Below the pieces are notes generated by a model. The model did not search any database. It was not told the origin of the DNA and saw only the letters and a program-made list of their open reading frames with translations. Positions 1 to 13,169 of a stretch of DNA of 64,000 nt are shown in pieces. Where the stretch lies: the NCBI RefSeq assembly GCF_964204865.1, contig NC_135251.1, forward strand, positions 14,942,001 to 15,006,000, in the 5' to 3' direction. The stretch is from Styela clava. Lineage: Eukaryota. The number at the start of each line of letters is the position of its first letter. Position 1 is the stretch's first letter. The position numbers were made by a program, and so were the translations under genes.

Positions 1-246
1 GATTCATTCGCTCTGACCCTATAGTGACACTGCGTGTCCCATTACTAATTAATTAATAACTCTCAAATTATTCGACATAATTCATTATTTATCCAAAATC
101 AATAGGCTTCTGGTCCGAGATATGATGAATGCACATGCAAAATTTGGAGCAGATTCTACCTCGCTTTCGTGAGATATCGCGTCTAACAGACAGACAGACA
201 AACAAATACCTATCAACATACTTACCGATCAAGATCGATAAGTAAC
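1..246. mobile_element. 3' part of a DINE-1/HINE-like (Helentron-associated) non-autonomous element, truncated by the window edge
   Basis: (CAGA)n/(CAAA)n microsatellite at ~187-206, then a terminal stem-loop ACTTACCGATC-AA-GATCGATAAGT at ~220-243. This layout is typical of DINE-1-like elements. Confidence 0.5.
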
Positions 247-1549
247 AAAGTGTGTAGGTGTAAATGTAATGTGATAAGGTGACGAGAAGGGTCAAAAACC
301 ATAAAAACTACATTGATTTGGCATTGGTGACAATGTGATACAGTGAATCAAGATACATATAAACAAATCAAAACAATGCTGGTAAATTCTGCGCTCCGGC
401 AATTATAAAATCAATTATCAGGAAAACACTAACTGACTAATCACACGTAAACATGTCGGCCCATATAATTAATATATTATAATATGTTTGCAGTGCTTTT
501 CCTACAAAAATATGGAATAAAAAGCACTCGTTGACGTAAAATGGTGATGCCGTAGTTCAATTTCATTGCAAAAATACCACAGTGACAAAAAAATTGTTAC
601 TAAAAAAACAAGCTCCGTAAACAGATTGAAAGTTTCATTACAGTCTATGCACAAACATGGATTCGTGTATTGGGTTCTTTTGTCGTTTTCGATACGTTGA
701 ATTTAAAATCATTGTATCCGTTTCAATGCTTCCAATATTAATATCGAATTTCCAGAACGACCACCATTTCAACAGGTGCAGTGGTCTTTTTGGTGCTTTT
801 GTGAAAAACCTACTGTAATTTTCAAGATTCACTAGTGGACTACTATAAATTTAAAAGAGCCTACATAGCTATAGCCTACAGGCCTACTAGACTTACTATT
901 TCAGTGTCACAAGATTCAATTTACACAACAGCACAAAGAGGATCCAACATAAAATCTATCTGACACATTGATAGATACTGAGATAATGAGTTTAAGCAGG
1001 AAGAAGTGACTAAAAGGCTTGTTTACTTGTTCTGTTCTTTCAAAACCATCATTCCGATTCAAAATGTTTGAGCAAATGCTGATATCTTATTTTAGTGTTG
1101 CCTATTTCAGTATTCGCTATTTCAGGTTTTTAGGAACTACAGGGCTAATTTTTGATTACTGCAACTAAACTAAAACTCCTCCGAAGGCGAACTGAATTTT
1201 TAGTTATTCAATTTATAGCTAAATTCAAGATTCTCAGATAGCAATGCACTAATGTATAAAAATATGCCTAAGTCAGTGAGTGCAGGAGTAACAATGCGTC
1301 TAAATGGCTGTACAAATCTCAATTTTTTGGCACCTTTGACATCTTGCCTATTTTCGAACTACGATTTGGACCTTATGGTTTGCGAAAAAACGAGAGCACG
1401 TGGGTATTAGGTTTCCATTGAGGAAACTTTTTCTTTCAATTTTTTCTCTCTCGTTTACAGATCATTTAGTTCGGATCGTCGTGGTGAGAGGTTCTCTATT
1501 TTGCACATATTCTGCCATTTAAGTGTCTTTCAAAGTTCTTTTAGGGACA

Positions 1550-4500
1550 ATGTCCGATACATCTTCGGGGTTGAAAATTTCTCATTCTTTGATGATATTT
1601 TTTGTTATTGTCTGTACAATTTTTCTGCCAGCAATTCTAGCAATTTGGTTGCTATCACTATCTATCAGAACCCATTATGGTGAGTATTCCATATTTTTCC
1701 TGAACTTGAGTTTTTGGTTGGCCATCAAACAACAAATCATTAAGATCTCATTTAAAATCTTGGTAGTGTAGTCCAATACGGTATCTCTGTATCTAGCAAT
1801 TCTCTGATCAGGTAAATTTAGTCTATATAGACTACAAATATATTTAATCCTGAAATCCTACTTTGTCTATAGTCTGGTATTTGAATCACACCTTCTGATT
1901 CAGTAATAATTTCATAATACACTAATAATGTTTCCTAACCTAAGTTCTGCGGTAGGTATTGTTAGTGTACTATTGCATGTGACTCGATTTTTCATGAGTG
2001 AGTTGTAGTCTACAATTATCATTTTAAGGACTGAAATTCATGATGATCACATGATTTTATTGTTCAGGTGGGATAAATGTTGTCACACCAATGAGATGGT
2101 TGCTTTGCACAGGTTTACCAATATTACTCGCAATTCGGGGTTTACACAAACACAGCTTATCACTTTCTGGTGCTATTGCAGGTAGATATTGTTATTCTGC
2201 TGTTCTATTTCATCCAAATCTTTTAGGCGTTAGACTCGCGTATTGTGTAGAATGCATAAATTCAAGATGAATGGCGAGCTAAAAATTGGATTTTTTTTGA
2301 ACTTCATCATATTTTTTTACTCAATATATCAGAGTTGGCTAAAAGTCACTCAACTCCAAGTCAATTATTTGGTTATTATAATCGGAGTTGGGAGTTAGTT
2401 GAGTACTAGCATTCCATTGAGATGATTTGAGTCTCTGATGAATGGGTACTCAGGTCCAACTTGAGTTGAAACAATGACTCAAAGCTCTCCCAGCACTGCT
2501 AAATATTAAATTCATTTTGTTTTGCTGCAACACAGCTTTATTTGTTGGTTTCACACTGACGATTGCAAACTATTGTTTTATGACTTCAATGATTGTGTTC
2601 TTCTTGACTTCATCAAAGTTGACAAAATTCAAGGCAGATAAAAAGAGAGTGCAGGAGGAAGATTATAAAGTTGGTATGAGTTGAAAATTACAGTAGTCAC
2701 TGGTTCAGTGTTATGCAAATGAGTTACAATATTGTATAATTAGTATTCCTGGTGTTGATACTTGATATCCTCATCGGGCCATATAAATAGAATATTTCGA
2801 TATCACATCTGCATCCAAAAAACAGCATTTTCTATTCATACTCTCTAATCGTCATCACAAATTCACACCTATCTGTATAGGGAGATCATTAAAACTGAAC
2901 GTGTGTTTCAGAATTGGTATTTCCAGAAAACGCAACCCTATGAGTTTGAAATCGGTAAACAATGAATTGAATTTCCAGACAAGCCCCTTGAAATGACTAC
3001 TGCATTATTTTTATCTTGGTTAAATTTTTTATTTAAAAAAGTCAAAGCAATTATAATTAATGAAACAATAATAATATATATACTTGTGATTTGGAATCAA
3101 TGATAGTCATATTCTTTTTGCTGTATGTAGTATGGGTAAATTCCTAAAACAATATGTTTTTTCTCTCACTAAACTAGCCTTTTTTTATCTCTTTATGTAT
3201 TCACAGGAGGGTCACGAAATTGGATTCAGGTTCTTTGCAATGGTGGGTTTCCATCAGCTATGGCAATTCTTTACATGATGGATTATGGGATTGGTGAATC
3301 ACCTATAAAATTCAGCGAACATGGATTCTATGTCAGGTCACAACTTAATCCTTTTCCCCTAACATTCGATTGCTTTGTTTAGCAATATGAGAATCCTATA
3401 TCCTAAACATAAAATTTTAAAGATCAGACAAAAATAAAAGCAATATGATTTGAACTGTTTTTTTTATTTAGCCTTTCTGCTGTTGTAAATAATCTGTGCT
3501 CACTATTTCTGAATCATGGTACCAGGAAACGTTTTAATTCTCAATTTCAATGTATGTGTCATCAATCTTCATTCCTATTAAGATTACTGTAATTTTGCTA
3601 GGGGTATTGATAGAACACCATGGGCACTCAACTTCATGCGAGTGTTAGGATACTACATTTTTAGTTTTAATATCTACACAAAATCATTTGATAACATTTT
3701 GCTACTTTTGAAATATATATTTTAGAATTTAAAAGTTGTAGAATAAATCATTAATGTGTTAATGTTTAAATTCCCATCTTTAATTTCAGTTCATGGCTTT
3801 CAGTCGCTGTGCTCGGCAGCATTTCTTGTGCGTGTGGTGATACCTGGGCATCAGAAGTCGGTTCTGTTATGGGTAATGGAAGTACAATTCTAGTAACTAC
3901 GTGGAAGAAAGTTCCTCCAGGTCAATATAGATATAATATTTGAATACTGTACTTGAAAATGGTTATTAATAAAGTGTTGTTTTAATATATGGCTGTGGTT
4001 CAATCACCTAGGGCTAGTAGTTCCAACCTTTTTAGTGGCATGGGGGCCTTTGCCCGAATATGCATGTGCAAAACTATAAATAAGCCAGTTTATTAACCCA
4101 ATAAGAACAGATGGTGTCTGCTAAAAACATTGATTTTCATCGAACTGCAATCTCAATAACAAGCAATGACAAAAATCCTGCACTCCATAAAATTACAAAT
4201 TGAATAATCCATTGTCGTAAATGAACCTGTTCCTTCATATGAATAAAATCTTCTGTTGTCCTGCAGCCAGACTTTGTCCATGGTTGTCTTTCATTTTGTT
4301 GAGCCCTGGAGGTCAGTGGGCAGTCAGTGAGGTGGTTAGAAAAGCTTTGACCCACCAAGTCTTGACTAATATCTTATTCTCAACTAAATTTTGTCCGGTT
4401 TTATTGCTCATTCAATTTATTACGATAATTTGATTCTAATATTTATCAAGGTACAAATGGAGGAATAACATCAGTTGGTACAGTAGCAAGTGCCTTCGGT

Positions 4501-5222
4501 GGCCTGATAATTGGAATCACATATTATCTAACAATGTACTTGACATGCCCTGTCGAAAGGTAATGATGTTTTCCAATGATATTTAGTGAATTTTTGTTGT
4601 ATCCTACCCTAAGATATTGTTTTTATTATTTGTGAATGTGATGTTAAAATCTGATGTCCATTTTATTAGAAACTACAAGTTTTAAAATGCTTCATCTGCA
4701 TGTGAAATATACCATTTGGAGTTCAGTCAGATAAACAATTCTTTTATTTTCAGCGATGTAAGAAAGTTATTGCATGATAAATGGTACTTAATATTTTTAT
4801 TCCATTTTTAGCCAACAATGGCCCATAATATTCACTGGGATGATATCAGGATTGTTTGGTTCATTTATTGATTCATTATTCGGTGCAACACTGCAGTATT
4901 CAGGTAGGTTTTACACTCTTGTTTCCGGGAAAAGGGAATCTTCGATAGGTTAAATTTGAGCTCCCAACTACCTCACACCTAATATATTAGCGGCATCTTA
5001 TTTTTATTTCAAATTCTTCATGCTTCACTACAGCATCTGTCATATTTTTCATTAGGTTTCAATGACATCACAAAAAAGATATCGAATTCTCCAGGGCAAG
5101 ACGTCAGATGGATTAGTGGGGTTAATATTATGGACAATCATGCTGTTAATGCCATAACTTGCTTCATTTCTGGCTTTACTGCGCCTGTTATATTTAGGAT
5201 CATCTGTCTGGTGTTAACATGA
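1550..5222 (+). CDS. TMEM19: Transmembrane protein 19 (DUF92 family), 8 coding exons, 336 aa
   Basis: Exons 1550-1679, 2068-2181, 2536-2673, 3207-3336, 3790-3920, 4451-4559, 4812-4903, 5056-5222; all GT-AG and phase-consistent (1011 nt). Motifs FFLTSSKLTK, GGSRNWIQVLCNG, ACGDTWASEVG, TTWKKVPPGTNGGIT, IDSLFGATLQYSG and MDNHAVN match TMEM19. Confidence 0.95.
2330..2498. mobile_element. Old hAT-type MITE in TMEM19 intron 2
   Basis: Ends CAGAGTTGG ... CCCAGCACTG; internal GAGT/ACTC repeats; flanks CAATATAT and CTAAATAT match 6/8 as a possible TSD. Confidence 0.35.
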
Positions 5223-5449
5223 CAAGGTTAATAATATTGTGCGATCTACGAATTTTATGATGTATTGGCCATCCATTGCACAGATAAGCACTAGTGATTG
5301 ATGCCTCTACAAGTGAGAATTTTGTGAATTGCGACTGCTATTATATTTCTCAGGTCCATCCGACTGTACTATCAAATTAAGTTGATTTACATCTCAAACA
5401 TCAATAATGTGATTTAAATTATATTGCACACTTTATTCATGTACTCAAC

Positions 5450-5657
5450 CGTTAAAATTTGTAAATCCATGACATTTGTAACAAGGTATCCGAATAATTG
5501 CTTAAAAAATGATAGGAATTGTTATTGAGCAATGCCGTTAAAACCGTTGAATCGTTAAAATTTGTAAATCCATGACATTTGTTCCTGTAAGACCAGTTTT
5601 TAACAAGGTATCCGAATAATTGCTTAAAAAATGATAGGAATTGTTATTGAGCAATGC
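5450..5657 (-). repeat. Tandem duplication of the final ~105 nt of the GLYCTK CDS into its 3'UTR
   Basis: 5450-5536 repeats 5553-5657 exactly, except for an internal 19-nt deletion (TCCTGTAAGACCAGTTTTT). Confidence 0.9.
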
Positions 5658-7640
5658 TTTTTCTGCTTGTGCTAAATCAGATGGGTCTGTGATAAAGTTA
5701 GAACTGCTATCAACAAAGGCTCCAGCAGAATCTGTAGGTCCATCCTGGCCATCTGTTCCACCAGAAAGAAAACAGAGATTGTAATCAATGTTTTTATAGT
5801 ACTTGAAAAGGTGAATTGCTGCAGCGAGTACCATTTCCTGGTTTCTACCACCTTTACCAGTTCCATTTACTGTAACTGTAGTTTCACCAGCAGCAATTAT
5901 GCAGATTTTGTGTAGAATTGGGTTGGAGCTAGTTATTGATTGATGTAACTTTCTGGCGAATCTATTGATATTAGATATCCATGGCCAGTTCTTGCTTTCA
6001 TATTTTCTGATAAGATGCTCGTATAGGAATTTAGTGAATTCTTCTTCGGTCTCTAAATGACGCTTTGTAATACATTCTATCACTTTGATCATGAATTCAA
6101 TTAGGAAAACACCGACATCTCTTGCTTCTCCTTCAACGCTTGAGGAAAGAACAAAAGCCATGTATCCCAACGTTTCTGCTTCCTTCAACGATGCGTTCAC
6201 AGCTACAGTATTTGAACCAACGAGGATATTTTGTACATGTTGTAGATCCCCTGGTTTATTTTGAACTGGATTTAGTAGAATCGTTTTTGCATCAGCGGAG
6301 ATATTGTTGTGTAAACCATATTTTTTCATTATTATTCTTGTTTGCTCAACATTGCTTTCCGTGCAAACTGTTGGGCCACTTGCAATTAGGTCTAATGGAT
6401 CTCCAATAATATCTGATAGGATTAAAGCGACCATCTGAAAAATTAAATTAACACTCTTAGTGACCTTAATATTATTTAATATAGATGCCCTCTCGCTCCA
6501 AACAAGCCTCTGCATAAGCAGCCACTTTATTTTAGAGGGGCATAATCTTTCAGTTTTGGCAATATATAGCCGTGAGGTGGTGGGCATGAGATTGAACCAG
6601 AGATTTTAGCCTGCCATCATATTTAAGGCTAAGCTATCCTACTATCCTCTGTAAATTCAATAATAAATATATTATAAGTTGTTTTCTCCTTCATACCTTA
6701 GATGGGTATGCAATTTGTGCTAATCCTCCTCCTTTCACTATAGATAGTGATCTTCGTATTATATTCAACTCTTGGATTGTTGCTCCTTGTTTTGCGAGAA
6801 ATGATGTAACACGCATTTTGTCATCTAGTGTCAATGGCGGAATAGGAGCGCAAAGAAGTGCAGACCCTCCTAATTATAAATTATTTCGATGATATTTCAT
6901 GATTCATGTATGAAGATTAAGGTTTTTATATTGTGCATACCTCCTGACACCAATGTTATAACTATGTCGTCTTTTGTTAAATCCCGTAACATAGCTATTA
7001 TTCTCTGAGTTGCACAAATGCAAGATTCGTCCGGAAGATTGTTAACTGCACCTTCACACATTGAGATTTTTCCATCTTTGTCTGGCAGGAGGAAGCTACA
7101 GAATTGATGAAAAAACATTTGGGTTAATTAATTATTACATGTAAGCCAGTGAAGTAGTTGGAAACAACAAATTATGGATGCTCCTAAATGCAACCACGGT
7201 GCTTATTCCCCATCATCCTACCAACCTTTTTCCTGCCTCTTCCAGAATTTTCGAAGTCCCTGAAGGTACACTGATTATTCCTCTAACCAGATGGTCTCCC
7301 AGCAGCTGTTGAACAGCCCTGCACATTCCTGATACTGCTTTTCCAAATCCAACTATATGCACATTGTGTCGCAAGTCATATGTTTTCGAGCCTAAAATGG
7401 AACCAGCGTTTACAAAGCAAACTGTCAAATCTGCATAGTAATTTAAACAACCGAAATGATTGTTATTTATGTTGTTAATTATGTATGCTGTTTGTTATTA
7501 CCTTATCCTTAACTCTAGCACTTACCAACAGCAAGTGTGTCTCCAAGTCTTTCCAAATTAGAGTGAACCAAAGCAGGGGGCAAAACTGCACCGATGGCAC
7601 TTTTGAAGATCCTTTGTGAAGCTTCTGCAGGCATTCTCAT
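5538..7640 (-). CDS. GLYCTK: Glycerate kinase (MOFRL family), 5 exons, 501 aa
   Basis: Exons 7640-7526, 7391-7226, 7095-6941, 6869-6697, 6434-5538; phase-consistent (1506 nt). Motifs VGFGKAV, LVSGGGSALL, LILSDIIGDPLDLIASGPT, GKGGRNQE, SGGTDGQDGPT and TGLTGTNVMD. Confidence 0.96.
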
Positions 7641-7668
7641 TTTGTTATGTATAGCATGAAGTAATAAC

Positions 7669-7695
7669 CTACTTAGTGCATCGCCCCTATTTATT
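7669..7695 (-). promoter_or_regulatory. Candidate CHMP7 poly(A) signal next to a candidate splice or trans-splice acceptor for GLYCTK
   Basis: Minus strand: AATAAA at 7695-7690, then CTAAGTAG with AG at 7670-7669, then the GLYCTK ATG at 7640. Confidence 0.5.
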
Positions 7696-8459
7696 GAATT
7701 TTCAATGGGAAAGTAACTGTGCCCTTCAATATAATGATGTTGTTGTTACATTGTGTAATAAGAACTTATATTACTGGACAGCTTATCTACTACTACATAA
7801 CAATATTTGAACTATCCATGATGATAATTGGTTAAAGTTTTCAGCCAATTCAATTGCAGTCAACGATTAAATTTATATTTCAGCAATAAATACAGATTTT
7901 ATATATTATCAGTGAAACAATGTGAAAATGTAGAAAACCACAATTGCAGACACAAAGATAATGTATCTTATTGACCATGCTCATCGGAAACCATTACATT
8001 TACATAATAATAGAAAAACATCTAAATACCACCAAGCTATAACATAATGCAATCATTCTGAAGAAAAAGGTATAGTGAGTATATATGTGCCACAACAAAA
8101 TAAGGATTCAAACATGCTATCTGTTCTGATTTGCGGCAAGAAAAGGGTTTTCCCATGGGATAAGAAACAAGCTGATTTGGTTGAAGGATGTGGCAAAGTA
8201 CTGGCTAGTCAACATACTTTCCCACTTTTTGAACCAGGCATTCTCAATCGTGAATGAGATAACCAATAACTTGAGCAGTGTTTTCATCACCTGCTAATTG
8301 GCAAATTATAGCTTTTGGATTCCAAAGTTTTATATCTCATGGCATACTAAAGTTCTATTGCATCTCAAATAGTACACTATAAAATGGTTAGTATTGTGTG
8401 GCACCCTGTGGTTATCATTTTAGGCAGAGAAAAGCCCCTATTGCTACTAATGATTTTGG

Positions 8460-9863
8460 TCAGCTTGTAAGGCTAATTTTATGAGTATGATTTGTTTGAA
8501 CATTTCTTGTTGTAGTTTCTGTACGGCCAGGTGAATGAGTTGGTGGAATAGGAAGATCAACAATCCCTGGTTCAAGAGTAACCGTTGTCATTTTATTACA
8601 TATATCTTCTAAACCAATGGTATCTTTAGGACCGTTTATTAATGCAGCTAACTCTGTTTCTAAATCATCATCAGAAGTATTTTCACAGGATACTGGGGTA
8701 GAAATAATTTCACTGACTTCGGACTGGTTATCCAAAACATTTGCTACGTCATCCATTGTGCTTTGCACCACATCAAGTGAGAGTCCTTTTGAAGCCTTTT
8801 TATGAGCAGCAACAGCACTCTTATAAGTATCCATAAGCAATTTATCAGTTTTACATTGGTTTAAACTTTCTAACAGCTCTTCAATGTTGTTTAAATTTTG
8901 CTCTTTATTACTGAGTGATATTTCTAGTCTTTTCTTTTTCCGAAGTGCACCCAATGCCATGGTCCGTTGCTTGTTTTTAAGTAACTCCTTTGCTTTCTGA
9001 GTACAACTCTCCATTTCCTGGCAAGTGTTATTAATGGTCTGCTGCAAATGTGTTCTTGTTTCACAGAGCTGTAGTATTCCAATATCAACATCCGAAAATG
9101 GAATTACCTTTTTATTGCCAGGCTTTGCAAACTTGATATACTTCTCGCTCAAAGCAACATTATGATTGTTCTCAGCGGCTTGCTCGCTTATTAATTCATG
9201 TTTAGATTTAATTTCTACAATTCCTTTATTCTTCAGAGTGGCCAGCGTCAAATCCAAACTCTCTGTATCGCATAAAATAGTTTTGGTTATATCCTGTAAT
9301 TGCAAATAAGAAACAACATTCAGAAATTCATGATTATGTTCATTCTTCGAGGCATATTGATGGAATTTTGCCATCACTTCATTGCATTTGTGTTCCAATG
9401 CAGAAACAATAACAAACTGGCCCTTTTTCAGGTCCCGGCCTGATCTAGTTTTAATGGGACTGAGAACTTTATCAGCCATCCACGAAGCAGGTTTTTTAAC
9501 ACACCAATTCAACCCCCATCCTACCCAAGACTGATTAGCATGGATATCATGTGTATATTGTGCAGTTGGAACAATTTCCCCATTTTGGATCATATCATCA
9601 AAAACAGTTTGTAGTCCAAGTGGCCTTTTCCCTTGACGGGTTAAGTTGTTGAACAAGTTATCCCATGAGACATATCCATAAGGTAATTTTGCAGACATAT
9701 CTTGTATCAATTTTTTCCAAAACGCCATCTTGTTGTCCCAGTGATGAGGGTTAACCGATCTATCAGCCGGAAAAGCAGAAAACAAAAAATTCATGCGTTC
9801 ATCATCACCCCAACAATCTGTAAATTCTGATGGATGTGTGTTTGATTGCATCTTGTTATTCAT
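8460..9863 (-). CDS. CHMP7: Charged multivesicular body protein 7 (ESCRT-II/III hybrid), single coding exon, 467 aa
   Basis: N-terminal WGDDERMNFLFSAFP...VNPHHWDNKMAFW, PLGLQTV and SWVGWG..WCVKKP motifs. C-terminal Snf7 domain (ALGALRKKKRLE, VQSTMDDV, DDDLETEL). Splice acceptor at 9881-9882 just upstream; probable non-coding exon 10199-10265. Confidence 0.93.
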   Translation of the reverse strand: MNNKMQSNTHPSEFTDCWGDDERMNFLFSAFPADRSVNPHHWDNKMAFWKKLIQDMSAKLPYGYVSWDNLFNNLTRQGKRPLGLQTVFDDMIQNGEIVPTAQYTHDIHANQSWVGWGLNWCVKKPASWMADKVLSPIKTRSGRDLKKGQFVIVSALEHKCNEVMAKFHQYASKNEHNHEFLNVVSYLQLQDITKTILCDTESLDLTLATLKNKGIVEIKSKHELISEQAAENNHNVALSEKYIKFAKPGNKKVIPFSDVDIGILQLCETRTHLQQTINNTCQEMESCTQKAKELLKNKQRTMALGALRKKKRLEISLSNKEQNLNNIEELLESLNQCKTDKLLMDTYKSAVAAHKKASKGLSLDVVQSTMDDVANVLDNQSEVSEIISTPVSCENTSDDDLETELAALINGPKDTIGLEDICNKMTTVTLEPGIVDLPIPPTHSPGRTETTTRNVQTNHTHKISLTS

Positions 9864-10475
9864 GTTTTTTCAAATTCTGCCTGGAATAGAAATACCAATT
9901 TTAAATGAATGCATGTCAATGATAAACATTATCTGTGTTATTCTTATCCCAACGATGGTAAAAACCATCTAATACACGTTCCTGGATGGGTCATGGGTCA
10001 CATACCATTGGAAGTTTTATTTCACACCATTTACATGAAAACAAATCCCATAGAAGTATTTCAAAGAGTTGAAAAATGTAGCTTTTTCCTACATTTGTTA
10101 TTTAACACAAAAACAAAATTATTTAAAAGAAGAGATGAATTATATCAATTTTCAAAGCAGGCCATAAGCGCAACAAAAAGCAGTAGTTGCAAGCATACCT
10201 TGAATAACAGTTTAATGTTGTAGCTGAATACCGTGACTTTGACAATTTAGATTCCAGAATCTTACCTGTAAAAAGAGATACAAACGTTAAAACGTTATTT
10301 ATTGGTTTACTTTTCAATAGGGTATAGTTTCCCAATCCAATCGCACATTTGGAACTATCTTGAAATCTCTTTTCGAGCAATGTAAGAATCCCTAATAACA
10401 TTATAACTACCTAATATGTATGCCATATAATATTTATTTGGTCAACTTCACAAATACTTAAACTATTGCTTAGGC

Positions 10476-10779
10476 CAGGGTTACTCAACTGGCGGACCGC
10501 GGTCCGAATCCGGACCTTTCGACCATTCAATTTGGACCGCGTCTGCTTGTATATTTTGCATTATAAGTATCGTTTCAGATGATTTTGATACAATTTAAAT
10601 ACAAAGCTACCGATGCGCGACATCTGTGTCCATATTTGTGAGCCATTCATTGCTCTTGTATTTAATATTGCATTTGAAGTTTCGTTTATTTAATAAAATA
10701 AATTTTTTGTAATGTCTGGACCCCAGTAATTTTGAAGTTTTCTAAACGGACCTTTGGTGAAAATAGTTGAGTAGCCCTG
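10476..10779. mobile_element. hAT (Charlie/Buster-type) MITE, 304 bp
   Basis: TIRs CAGGGTTACTCAACT / AGTTGAGTAGCCCTG (1 mismatch); perfect 8-bp TSD GCTTAGGC at 10468-10475 and 10780-10787. Confidence 0.92.
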
Positions 10780-11004
10780 GCTTAGGCTACAGAATCTGAC
10801 AATAGCAAATAATTCTTACTGTCGGGGGTTAGTAACTTGCTGATTGCATGCCCATTCACTTTCCAAGCAATAAATATTAAAATAATCAACAAAGCAACAA
10901 GGACGAGTTCAATCATCAAAACTTTTATTTGCCAATCCTCAGAATCCCATGCAGTTTTAAGCTGAAAACAAATTTAGAGTTTGCAATTGTATTTAAGCTT
11001 GATG

Positions 11005-11320
11005 GGATAAGATTTACATATTTATCCCGGGGAAGAGAAAGACAATAAAAAAAGGCTCAATCATATAGCGAACCATGGTCTCTCGTCTGGTAACTGGTTA
11101 CCAGTCAATATCGGGTATGGGATCAGTTAGCCAGTTGTATGTTTTAGATGCACAGACTTGATGGTAGAGGAAGCCATAACTGACCAACGGTTTCATGAAC
11201 CACCCTATGGCAGCGAGGAGTTCAGCAATCCTCATGCACATAATTATCCCTCATAGGATTAAAGCCTGCGAACCCACGCAAGGCGAGCTTATTCCTAACA
11301 CTTAGCATAAAGCGCCACAC
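11005..11320 (-). mobile_element. tRNA-derived SINE, diverged copy
   Basis: Collinear similarity over ~315 bp to the SINE at 28073-28390; degenerate B box; ATCCT-type tail. Confidence 0.75.
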
Positions 11321-13169
11321 AGCAAAAACACATCAAAACTATCTTTAATTCATGTTGGAGGAAATCTATTTCAACTTCTAATCATGCTGGCTCCTTGAGA
11401 GTATAAACAATATCGTATCCATTGTATCAGCAAAAATTGCTTGTGTCAAAGCATTTAAATTTAAGAATTGAACTCTGTGACATATCTGAACATAAACGTT
11501 GGATTTCATATAAATAACAGTTAAGTTAGGAAGGGATTGGATTGACTTCCAGATAGAGCTCAATATACTGATATATTTTCATATATCCGTATATAAGGCA
11601 AATAATATTAAATGAAGTGGCTTTCCATCTGCTATTGATTATAGTCCTAGAATATACTCAATATCTCAGAGATTGTACAGAGTTTGTTAAAAATGAGAGG
11701 ACTACTGATTACTACAGTACCGGTAACAGTTGAACTGGAAATACAATTTGCAAGATTCCACTGATTTGCCGAGATTTACAAATGAACTTCTTGCTCAAGT
11801 TTGGAAAAAGACCGATAGGGTGAATATGATAGTCATGTCTGCATGTACAAAAATACTGGCATAATTTAGCCTGTTAACGTACCTCTTTTTTCAGGTTCTC
11901 ATAAGCTGCCGTTACATTGGTCAAAGTCAGTTGAGCATCAGTCTTTTCCCACAAGGAATCAAAATAATTCATTTTACATACACAAACTGCTGTTAAACTG
12001 TCGCTTCGACACTCTGCGGTTGAATTTAAACCAGTCAACACTGCACACGGAATTATTCTTAAAACCTACCTACTCTTCAAATACGGTATATTTGGATATT
12101 CACAGTTGATTGTTTTACATGGGTAAATCTTGCAGATCTACCTATTCAGGAATGGAATAGTACTGCACCGTGTACCAATGACAGAATGATATGAAAGGCT
12201 AGAAGTTTGTAAGTTGTTGTGCTTGCAGCGGCTAAGTTGCTCTACAGCGCTAGTGGCCTAGTGCAGTAGGAAATCTGTGTTTTCTAGGGAATCTACCAGT
12301 ATGTAATTTATCATGTTCTTCTTACTTTATAACTTCTGTATGGTTGTGTCGTGTGTGTGGGTGCATGTGAGCGAGTGTGAAATATTTCAATTATTTTAGG
12401 TGAGTCAACACGTACCGCTTCTGGCAAAACCTTCCATCTTATAAACATTCTGTACCGGTACGTTTTAAACCTTATCTAAGATTTTGTTTGCTCTCCTGAT
12501 TTCATAATCGGTTTTTATTTATTTATTTTTACCAATCATTTTATTGTTATGCTGATTATGGAGTCGAAATAAACTTATACAGTACAGCAGTACCCGGACC
12601 GCAAGCGAGCCTATACTTATAAAGTTATAACATAGCCATTATATAATAATGGCTATGGTTATAACACTACTACAAGCAGAGCTGCAGATGTACTTTGGAT
12701 CTCGGATAGGCAATATTGTAAGTGTTAGCGTCATTGGGATAGATTTGTCGTTTGTGTCAGAGCTCAAAATTTACATATTTCATCAACACGTTTTCATTGA
12801 ATTTCTTGTTCTTTTTTAGTTCTCATGTAGTGTATCCATTTGCAATAAAACACATCCATATTGTCTTACGTAAGCTGCTGCTGAACTCAGCAAAAACGGT
12901 GTCGCTCACTCGATAGTCTTTTGCTGAAATATTGTTCGTTTTATTTAATTGCATTTAATTTTCAATTGCACAATGTTTCTCGCACGACAAAAACAAATAT
13001 CTGAATCTGTGATTCGCTCACACCGGGTAAATTGACTTGAGGAGGATCAAATTATGTATACTGGGTCGGAAACCTTTTTGGTCAAGAGAGTCATAAAAGG
13101 TACATATTTTCAATTGCATTTCCGTGTGGGCCATACAGCGTTTTTCTTTCTTCAATCATGTCTTAAATT

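Noticed and set aside
6435-6587. N-terminal 51 aa of the 349-aa ORF as the GLYCTK start
   Set aside because: Intron 4 read-through. Homology resumes at the acceptor at 6435-6436, and four upstream exons supply the true N-terminus.
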